Below, piece by piece: positions 1-8,045 of a DNA stretch of 19,546 bases. The notes under the pieces are model-generated. The model did not search any database. It saw only the letters and a list, made by a program, of their open reading frames with translations, and was not told the DNA's origin. Origin of the DNA: Prasinococcaceae sp. CCMP 1430. Taxonomy: Eukaryota; Plantae; Prasinodermophyta. A program made the translations under genes and the position numbers. The stretch is taken from contig RQSC01000034.1 in NCBI GenBank assembly GCA_013416795.1, positions 32,274-51,819 of the forward strand, read 5' to 3'. Every line of letters starts with the position of its first letter. Position 1 is the stretch's first letter.

Positions 1-731
1 TCGCCCCCGTCGCCGCCGGCGCGCGCGCACGCGCGCGCGCGCAGCCGGTCGCGCGCCTCCCGGCCCGCGGCGCGCACCGTCCACGCGTTGTAGTCCTCCA
101 CGTCGCACTCCATGGCGGCGTCGAGCTGGCCGAGCGCCTTGTCCAGATCCCCGGCGGCCTCGTACACCTTGGCGAGCTCCACCTTGTGCACCAGGCGTCC
201 GGGCGCTATCTCGATCGCCTTGAGGTACGAGCGGATGGACACGTCGCGGCTCGCGTTGAAGACCGAGCCCTGGTAGTAGAGCTTGATGACGAGCTTGGCC
301 GCGAGGTTCATGCGCGACATCTCGTGGTGCCAGCGCCCGAGCGAGTGCCAGCCGTAGTCGTCGTCCGGGTTGGTCGCGATGATGTCCTCGGTGGCTTCGA
401 GCACCTCGTTGGACATCTTCACCTTGGTGCGGTTGTCCGAGTACATGGCCAGCCGGCCGAGCGCGGCGGCGACGGCCAGCCGGCACTTGGAGGAGTGCGG
501 GTACGTCGCGCCGGCCTCGCGCGCGAGCTCGAGGGCCCGCAGGGCCAGCGCCCGCCCCTCCCGCTCGGTGTCCGGCGGCGGCGGGACGATGTGCGGGCAC
601 CAGATGAGCTCCGCTCGCTTCGCGTACGCGTTCCAGCCGAGGTCGCAGTACTGCTTGGACAGCCGCGCGAGCGCCGGCGCGGCGATCGCCCCGTCGGGCC
701 CCGCCGCCGCGCGCTCGAATCGCGCCGGCTC
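1..731 (-). CDS. RMDN: RMDN/FAM82 (regulator of microtubule dynamics)-like TPR protein, partial; 3' end runs off the window and the start is not found
   Basis: Hand translation of a minus frame absent from the ORF track (no stop before the window edge): ...LARLSKQYCDLGW...LAMYSDNRTKVKMSNEVLEATEDIIATNPDDDYGWHSLGRWHHEMSRMNLAAKLVIKLYYQGSVFNASRDVSIRSYLKAIEIAPGRLVHKVELAKVYEAAGDLDKA... This matches the RMDN pattern (NPxDxxxWHxLGRWHxE; AxxxYxKAxExxP; ELAKxY). Very high GC3. Confidence 0.75.
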
Positions 732-992
732 GAATCCGCGCCGAAGCCCGCAGCCCGTTTGACACACTCTACAAACCCTACAAACTCTACCGAGGTTTGA
801 CCCTAATAAACGCCGCACGCCGATCGGCGCGCGCGGCGCGCGTGGGCTGTTGCTGTTGACCGGCACGCCCGCCTTCGCTTCGCACGTGAAATCGAGTAGA
901 GGAGTCGCCCGTGGGTAAAAGTACCACACTTTGCGATTGCCTGTGCCCGCGTGCCCCTTCGACCGCGGCGCCCTGCGCGGCGCGCGCGCGTC

Positions 993-1256
993 CCTCTTTG
1001 GGGTTCAATCGCAACCCCTAACCCGACGGCGCGCGGGTCAGGGCGTTCGCAAAGGCTTTCGAATGGGGTCGTTTCTGTTTCTGGACCCTCTTTGATGGCG
1101 AGCGCGCACTGCGATTCGCACCGCTTCGCGCGCGTGCCTCTTTGGGGTTCAATCTCAAACCCTAACACGACGGCGCGCGGATCAGTGCGTTCGATAAGAC
1201 CTTCAAATCGTTTCTGGACCCTCTTTGATTGCGAGCGCGCACTGCAATTCGCACCG
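993..1256. repeat. Degenerate tandem duplication, about 144-bp period, two copies (993-1123, 1137-1256)
   Basis: Both copies read CCTCTTTGGGGTTCAATC..AA(A/C)CCCTAAC.CGACGGCGCGCGG.TCAG.GCGTTCG...GTTTCTGGACCCTCTTTGAT.GCGAGCGCGCACTGC.ATTCGCACCG; copy 1 has about 11 extra nt. Confidence 0.9.
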
Positions 1257-1282
1257 TTTCTTTCGCGCGGTTTCCCACCAGA

Positions 1283-1302
1283 GCGCGCGCGCGCGCGCGC
1301 GC
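1283..1302. repeat. (GC)10 microsatellite, potential Z-DNA former
   Basis: Perfect GC dinucleotide run seen directly. Confidence 0.85.
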
Positions 1303-1490
1303 ACCGACGCGCGCGCGTCTCAAAATTCCTTTCTGCGTTTTTAGGTGGTTGTACTCATAATGCGGAATCGCGGGGACGCGCGCGCGAAATGCACGCGCAC
1401 CGAACGGGCGCCAGTGTGCGGCCCCCGCTGCGCGCGCACGCTGCCCCTTCGCGCTCGAGTGGACGCCGGGGGCGGGCGCGGCGGCGCCAC

Positions 1491-1590
1491 NNNNNNNNNN
1501 NNNNNNNNNNNNNNNNNNNNNNNNNNNNNNNNNNNNNNNNNNNNNNNNNNNNNNNNNNNNNNNNNNNNNNNNNNNNNNNNNNNNNNNNNN
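1491..1590. other. Scaffold gap (100 N)
   Basis: Exactly 100 N, a usual placeholder for a gap of unknown size. Confidence 0.99.
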
Positions 1591-1754
1591 GGCGGGGCGG
1601 GGAAGAGCCCGCACAGCGCGCACCGCCGCGCGCGCGCGGTCTGCGGAGAGCGCACCGCCGTCGCCCGCCGGCGAAGGACGCCCACCTCATCAAAACGCAA
1701 GGCGCGGCAGTGTTTGAAATCGACATCGAAATCCTTATTAGGCGTGTATTGAAT

Positions 1755-1763
1755 AAACCCTAA
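1755..1763 (+). promoter_or_regulatory. Telobox AAACCCTAA in AT-rich island upstream of the AKR gene
   Basis: Exact plant-type telobox in a locally AT-rich stretch (about 1710-1803) directly 5' of the coding frame. Confidence 0.55.
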
Positions 1764-1803
1764 TCAAGAAATCCAGCACATTACCTCAAAGGAAAACCCA
1801 AAC

Positions 1804-2408
1804 CTGGCGGGCCGCGACGCTCGTGCACCTGGCCGGGTGCGCCAGAGTGCGAGCGGATGGCGCGCCGCCGTGCGCGCGGCGGGCCGAGCGCCGGCAACTG
1901 AGGAGCCGTACGTGCTCGGCGGCACGCACGCCGCGGCGGGCGCACAGCCGCTCGTGGAGCTGCCAAATGGACCCATGGGACTCGGCTGCTGGAGCTGGGG
2001 CAACACGAGTTTCTGGAACGACGGCGACTGGACGCCCGAGATGCGCGCCGCCGCCAGCGAGACGTACGACGCAGCGTCCGCAGCCGGACTTCGCTTCTGG
2101 GATACTGCGGAGGCGTGTACGTGCTTGGTTGCTCAGTGCCGCCTGACTGAGGATGCGACAAGCGCGCTGCCTCTGTGTTCTCGGTGCTGACAGAGTGCCC
2201 CCTCGCAACGCTAGATGATTGGCCGCAGGGCGTCGAGAGTTCGGAAGTGATGCTCGGCGAGTTTGCCGCGAAGGCCGGCGACAAGCCGGTCATTGTGACA
2301 AAGGTGCGGGCCCAGCGCGCGCGCGCGTCCGTGCGCCCGTGCGAACACGCGCTGTGGGTGTTCAGAGGCAGGCGAGTTTGTGCTGACCCCTCACCCCACG
2401 CACGCACG

Positions 2409-2443
<35 letters not shown>

Positions 2444-3202
2444 CCTTGGCTACGCCGTGCGCCACGGCAGTTCGCGCCGTTGCCGTACAAGCTCGGCGCT
2501 GCAAAGGTGGTTGAGAGCCTTCAGAGCTCCAACAAGAAGCTCGGCGTTGCGGCCACCGACGTCTACCTCCTGCACTGGCCATTCCTCGGCCAGAGCGGAC
2601 ATCTGGATGGTCTCGCAGACGCTTACGACCGCGGACTGTGCAGGAGCGTGGGGGTTTCGAACTACAGCGCTGAAATGCTGCGCGAGGCCCACGCGCAGCT
2701 CGCAAGGCGCGGCATTCCGCTCACCGTCGCCCAGAGTCAGTATTCGCTGCTGTGGCAGAACCCCGAGCGCAATGGCCTCCTCGCCGCGTGCGAGGAGCTG
2801 GGTGTGACCCTAATGGCGTACAGCCCGCTGTGCCAGGGTCTGCTCACGGGCAAGTACGGGCCTTCTGCTCTGCCGCAGGGACCGCGCGGACGCATCTTTG
2901 AGCCGCTGGCCAAGCACCTGCAGCCCCTCAATGAGTGTATGCGCGAGGTGGGCGAGGCTCATGGCGGTGCCTCGAACACCCAGGTGGCGCTCAACTGGCT
3001 ACTCGCTTCATCGGCCAGCGTCGTGCCCATACCTGGCGCAAACCGTCCGGGCCACGCGACCGAGGCCGCGGGCGCGCTCGGTTGGCGGATGGAGGACGCC
3101 GAGCGCGACGAGCTGCGCCGCGTCGCGACGAAGGTGCGCGAGGCCGCTGTCGACGGCAACGTGCTTGGACAGCTGCTAGACAAAGCCCTCGTTAACGTGT
3201 GA
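1804..3202 (+). CDS. Aldo-keto reductase, plant PLR1 (pyridoxal reductase)/At1g06690-like subgroup; 3 exons
   Basis: Exons ?-2116, 2215-2303, 2471-3202; introns GTACGT..TAG (98 nt) and GTGCGG..CAG (167 nt) restore the frame. Motifs MGLGCWSWG, FWDTAEAY, IVTKFAPLP, DVYLLHWP, VGVSNY, QSQYSLL, AYSPLCQGLLTGKY, VPIPGA; catalytic D/Y/K/H all present. Start uncertain: CTG 1804 or ATG 1975. Confidence 0.9.
2397..2442. repeat. Compound (CACG)n(CA)n microsatellite in AKR intron 2
   Basis: CACGCACGCACGCACACACACACACACATATACACACACACACACA seen directly. Confidence 0.9.
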
Positions 3203-3259
3203 AGAGCCCGATGCGCGGCATCGCTGTATGCGGCGGCCCCGAACCCGACAGTGACGACG

Positions 3260-3360
3260 AATAATTTATAAACCCTGATTTTCGCCGAGCGACCCTAACT
3301 TTTATTTTTTTGTCGCCGCGCATTTTTCGTTCGGAAAATATCGCCGTCAAAAAACTGTTC
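3260..3360 (+). promoter_or_regulatory. AT-rich intergenic island with telobox variants (AAACCCTGA 3270, GACCCTAA 3291) and T/A tracts; probable AKR 3' end and ycf20-like promoter
   Basis: Sharp GC drop, TTTATAAA, poly-T tracts and two telobox-like motifs between two + strand genes. Confidence 0.5.
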
Positions 3361-3579
3361 TCACTTGTCCAGGACTGTACACGTACATGTTGTTGCCCCC
3401 ACCGCCCGCCTGGCTGAAAATGAAAAGCGCTTGGCGCCTCGAAAAGCGCCTGCCACGCGGGCCGCGATATTTGCGCACGCCACAGCGGCGCACCCCAGCG
3501 GTGCCCCCACTCTTCCCCCCTTCCCTCCCCCTTCTCCTTCCGCCCCGCCCGGTGTACCTTCCGCCCAGCCAGCGCGGCC

Positions 3580-4213
3580 ATGGCGCTCGCAGCGGTTGCA
3601 CGCGCCGTGCGGGCAGGCACAGCCGCGCGGCGGGCGGGTGACGGTGCTGGTGCGCGGCGACGGGGGCGCGACGGCGGGCCGGGCTCGCGCGCCCGTGCGG
3701 GCGAGCGCGAGCGCGCCGCGGCGCACAGAGAGGGGCAGGACGACGCTGCCGGGCGGCGGGGAGGGCGCATCGCAGACACGGCTGCAGGGCGCGATCGCGA
3801 GCGCGGTGGCCAACGTCAAGGACAGGCTGGTGCGACGCAACGCACTCTACTCGTGGATGTGCATCTTCTCCGGATTTCTGCTGTCCGCGTTCATCCCTCA
3901 CCCGCAGTCGCCCGCGGACTGCTTTATCGCGCTGGGCATTGTCTTCCTCTCGGAGGCGATCAATATGGTACGTTGTGCGACCATGGGGCACCACGTTCCT
4001 CTCTCGCGCGCGCTGGCTGCCCTCCCGCTGACCCTCAGCCCTCACCCGCCACGTGCGCGACCGCTCTCGCAGGTGCTGAACGCCCCCAACTTTGTCAACC
4101 GCGGCGTCGTCAAGTTCCTGCGCAAGTACACCAACATCATTGTCATCGTGAACAACTTCCGCATGGGGCTCATCCTTGGGCTCCTCAACGACGGCATCAA
4201 GGTCGGCAGCTGA
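3580..4213 (+). CDS. ycf20: Ycf20/DUF565-like plastid membrane protein, nucleus-encoded; 5' structure unresolved
   Basis: Domain starts QTRL and ends NNFRMGLILGLLNDGIKVGS*, matching the Ycf20 C-terminus (LNxFKIGLLYGLFVDAFKLGS); hydrophobic helices; intron 3968-4072 (GTACGT..CAG, branch CGCTGAC); Ala/Arg-rich transit-like N-terminus. ATG 3580 is one base out of frame with the domain. Confidence 0.8.
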
Positions 4214-4393
4214 GCGCGCGCAAGCCCAAGGATGCAGCGCGCTTTTTTGGTAATTGAATGAATCCGAAGAGAAAAAACAGTCTTAGCATGTCCTTCGCAC
4301 CACCTGCTGCAGGGCCGCAGCGGGCGCCAGCGCCATAGGGTGTCCGTGCTGCATCACGCAGCTTTCGGGCGCCCCGCCCGTCGCTGGGGCGCG

Positions 4394-6143
4394 ATGGTCG
4401 CCGCAGCGGCGCTCGGAGCGCGTCTGCTGCGTGGCGCGGCTGTTGCCGCTGCGCTGGAGGGCAACGCGCGCCGCGCGTTTGCTGCGGCAGCTGCGCCGGC
4501 GCTCAAGGCGCCAGAGCGCTCCGGGCGGTACGCGCGGCTGACTGACGCTGACGTGTCCGCACTGAGCGAGATCGTGGGCGGCGGGTCGGCGGTGGTCACG
4601 GACTCCGACGAGCTCGAGCGCTATAACGTCGACTGGATGCGCAAGTACCGTGGCGCATCGCGGCTTGCGCTGCGGCCAAGCGACGCACAGTCCGCTGCCG
4701 CTGCGCTGCGCTACTGCTCGGACCGCAGACTCGCCGTGGTACCCCAGGGAGGCAACACGGGGCTCGTGGGAGGCTCTGTGCCCGTCTTTGACGAGGTCGT
4801 GCTTTCGGTCTCGGCGATGAATGCCGTGGAGTCTATCGACGCCGACACGGGTGTCGCCGTAGCGCAGGCTGGTGTTGTGCTCGAGACGCTGGACGGCGCG
4901 CTCGCCGAAAAGGGGCTCATGGCGCCGCTGGACCTGGGCGCCAAGGGCACCTGCATGATCGGCGGCAACGTGTCAACAAATGCTGGTGGTCTGCGCCTGC
5001 TACGCTATGGGTCGCTGCACGGTTCGGTGCTCGGCGTCGAGGTTGCGCTTGCAGACGGCTCCGTGCTTGACCTGATGAGCGAGAACCGCAAGGACACCAC
5101 CGGTTACGACCTCAAGAATCTCTTCGTTGGCGCTGAGGGCACGCTCGGCGTGGTCACCCGCGTGGCGCTCCAGGGTGCGCCGCGGCCGGCAGCGGTCAAC
5201 GTCGCGTGGCTCGCGTGCCCATCGTACGCTGCGGTGCTCGACGCGCTGCGCGAGGCACGCGCATCGCTTGGCGAGGTGCTCAGCGCGTTCGAGCTCATCG
5301 ACTCGGCCAGCCTGAGCATGGCGCTTGCGCACCAGCCGCAAAACCGCGACCCCTTGCCCGAGGCGGAGTCGCCTTTCTACGTCCTGGTGGAGACCTCGGG
5401 CTCGGTCAACGACCACGACGTTGCTAAGCTGGAGGCCTTTGTGGAGGCTGCCGTCGGCTCTGGCGCTATTTCTGACGGCGTGCTGGCGTCGAGCGCGCGC
5501 GAATCGGCCGCGCTGTGGGAGCTGCGAGAGGGCATCAGCGATGCGCTCACCGCGCGCGGGGGCGTGCACAAGTATGACGTGTCTTTGCCACTGCGTGACC
5601 TCTACGCTATGGTGGATGATTGCCGAAACACGATGCGCGTCACGGGCCTCGAAGCCGAGGGCGTCACCGTGTGCGGCTATGGACATTGCGGCGACGGAAA
5701 CCTGCACCTCAACATCTCCGCGCCGGGCGTGGATGCTGCGCGTGTAAAGGGCGCGCTCGAGCCCTGGGTCTACGAGTGGGTTCAGGCGCGAAAAGGTGCG
5801 CGAATATTGGTGAGCGCGCGGGTGCGATTGTGCGTCGCTGCTGGAACGCGCGCTCTGCGGGTGCTGACGCAGGCAACACACGCCCAATGCGATGCTGCGC
5901 GACCTTCCGCACGCGCGCGTGCTCACGCACGCAGGCTCGGTTTCCGCCGAGCACGGCCTGGGCCTCATGAAAGCTGAGGCCATTCACTATACCAAGAGCC
6001 CACAGGCAGTGGCCATCATGGCGGCGCTCAAGCGCGCCTTCGATCCGAACCTGATCCTGAACCCGTACAAACTGTTGCCCGCTGCTGCGCTCGAGGAGGC
6101 AGCAAGTTTCCCCATGCCGCAGGTTGTCGGCGTGGGGACATGA
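4394..6143 (+). CDS. D2HGDH: Mitochondrial D-2-hydroxyglutarate dehydrogenase (FAD-linked, VAO/PCMH family), 536 aa, 2 exons
   Basis: Exons 4394-5795 and 5935-6143 (intron GTGCGC..CAG, 139 nt). Motifs [89 protein letters not shown]; Ala/Arg-rich presequence. Confidence 0.93.
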
Positions 6144-6387
6144 TTCCACACTTCACGTCCGCGGAGCGTGCGTCGCTGCTGCTGCCGTCGATGGCGCGGG
6201 TCATCCATGCGCGTGCGCGCATTCGCGCTGCGCGTGTATGGCTGTGCGAGCGCGTACACTGAGCCCACGCTGTACACCTATTTTTGTAACACGATGCCAC
6301 TGAGAATATTACGGCCCTGCCCTACGCTGGCCTGCGCGCATCCTGTGCGAACGCGAGCGCGTGCGCGAGAGGGAAGGCCTCCCGAGC

Positions 6388-7288
6388 TTAACGACGCTTG
6401 GTGAGGCCTTCGCCACTGGGGGCAGTGGCAGTGGTAGCGGCGTCGCCGTCGGTCGTGAGCACACTGCCGGCAGGCTTCACTACGTCCGTCTCCACCGACG
6501 TGGCGGGTTGAGTGCCGTTGAGTGTGGCCTCGATGCGCTTCAGCGAGAGCTCAAGTTTGGCGATCTTCCTGCTAAGCTGATCGTGGTAGTTCTTGTCAGT
6601 GCGCAGCTTGAGGGCCCACTCGTCGGACACGACAAAGTACACACCCGCGCAGATGATGATCATCATGACCAGGTTCCTGCGCACGCGCGAGTGCATGGGA
6701 GAGACGAGCGGCCGATGCACGCGTCAGAGTGCATCCACAGGGAAGACACTGGGCGAGCCTCTTGCACGCGCGCGCAATCCACGCGGCAAAAATCGCACTC
6801 TCAAGCATCCGAGGTTGCACACGCACGCGGGTGCAGCACGCACATCACCACGCCGATGCCGGACGTGAGTATGCCTGGGTCGAGTATGTAAGCATGCCGG
6901 TGGGCATAGGCGCGCGCATGCGAGTGTGCGTGAGAGCACACACGATTGCGCGCGTGTGCGACGGTTGGGTCAGCGCGTAGGTGAGGGCGGCGGTAAGTCT
7001 TGCATACTCAGTCCCTCAGGTTCACCTGCCGGAACGCGGCATGCTACGCTGCGCCCACGCGCGAGTGGCCGCAGCGATTCGCATGGTGCTGCCATCGCGA
7101 CCGATCGAAGGCGTGCGCGCTGATGTGCGCGTATTGCTGGTCGCGTGCGCCCTGCGTTCACAGGCGTGCGCGCGCGCACGCGCGGAGAGCCGAGGGATCG
7201 CCCAACCACCACCACCACCACAACCGCCCCCTGCGCGCGTTTGCCGCGACGCACCGATGACGACGGGGTTGGGCCCCGAGCTGAACAT
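6388..7288 (-). CDS. Small membrane protein with C-terminal coiled coil (about 117 aa, 3 exons); tentatively Pkr1-like V-ATPase assembly factor
   Basis: Model 7288-7255, 6874-6844, 6676-6388 with GTGCGT donors and CTGAC branch sites gives MFSSGPNPVVIGILTSGIGVVMNLVMMIIICAGVYFVVSDEWALKLRTDKNYHDQLSRKIAKLELSLKRIEATL...TKRR*. ATG is in GCCGCCATG context. FSSGPNP and ICAGVYF resemble Pkr1 FTPGPTP and LCAGLWW from memory; that assignment is weak. Confidence 0.6.
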
Positions 7289-7799
7289 GGCGGCGCCGAG
7301 CGTGGGAGTCGTTCCGCGAGCCCGTGCGCGGGGCCGCGGCAACCGTCCGTGGAGTGGCGGAGCCTCGCGCGCGGGGCGGCCCCCGCAGCTCCATTGGGCG
7401 GCTCCCGGCAGCTCCGCGCGGGCGCGCGCCGCAGCAGGCCGCTGCGCTGCAGCGCAGGCAGGACGCGCGCTCGGTCGGTGCGCACCCGCCACCTCTGCAT
7501 TCGCGCTCTGCATTCGCGCGCGCGCGCTCGGGGAACGCTTCCCCGTTGATGCTGATGCGGCGAGCCACACTGGGCAACGGATGGAAGCGTTCCCCCGCGA
7601 TGCGGGGCGTGGCGGCGGGGGGGAACGGAGCGTCCCTCTGCCGCGGACCCGGATTTGTGCGGGAGGAGCCCGATCCGTGAGCTTGGGCCCGGACGGTAGT
7701 GGACGGTGGCCACCTGCGCCGCAAGGCCGGCGCTGCCATGCCGATGCCAGACAGAGTCCCCACCGACGACCGCGCCGGAACGAGCCAAATGGCGTGACG

Positions 7800-7870
7800 T
7801 TTGCATTGCGAATCAAGTATGATGTATACCCTATACCCTAATTACGTGTACAGTGTTGATAAACCCTAAC
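7800..7870. promoter_or_regulatory. AT-rich bidirectional promoter island with (ATACCCT)2AA and AAACCCTAA
   Basis: Lies between divergent genes; ATACCCT tandem at 7826-7839, exact telobox at 7861-7869. Confidence 0.55.
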
Positions 7871-8045
7871 GTGCCCGCACGAGCGTTCCCGTGCCAGCCG
7901 CGCGCGCCGACGCAGCGGCGCGTGTGAGGGCACTAGCAGCGGCTGCGCGCACCAGGGGGCAGCGGCGACGGGCGCGTCAGGAGGCGGTCACAGGCGGCGC
8001 AGGGCGCGGGCTGTGGGCCTCGGGCCGCGGGCTGCGGGCGGCGCC

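Noticed and set aside
186-800. ORFs 186-800 and 370-762 on +
   Set aside because: Antisense shadows of the RMDN-like minus-strand frame, which has the coding-type codon bias and a recognisable family pattern.
765-810. Chromosome end (telomere) at the CCCTA cluster
   Set aside because: Only two or three degenerate units, with coding sequence continuing beyond; not a terminal array.
993-1256. Repeats as a CRISPR array (also 12654-12746)
   Set aside because: Eukaryotic context, no constant repeat with unique spacers, no cas genes.
951-1763. ORFs spanning the N run
   Set aside because: Artefacts of translating through a gap of unknown length.
3377-3388. Paired GTAC cores as SBP/CRR1 copper-response elements
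   Set aside because: A 4-bp motif expected by chance; no supporting context.
6285-6289. TGTAA as green-algal poly(A) signal (also 14288-14292)
   Set aside because: Plausibly placed after D2HGDH but not seen consistently behind the other genes; too short to support alone.
7026-7095. Alternative first exon MAAPCESLRPLARGRSVACRVPA for the small membrane protein
   Set aside because: In phase, but its donor GTGAAC departs from the GTRCG consensus of every other intron, and exon 7288-7255 gives a more coherent hydrophobic segment. Not excluded as a minor isoform.
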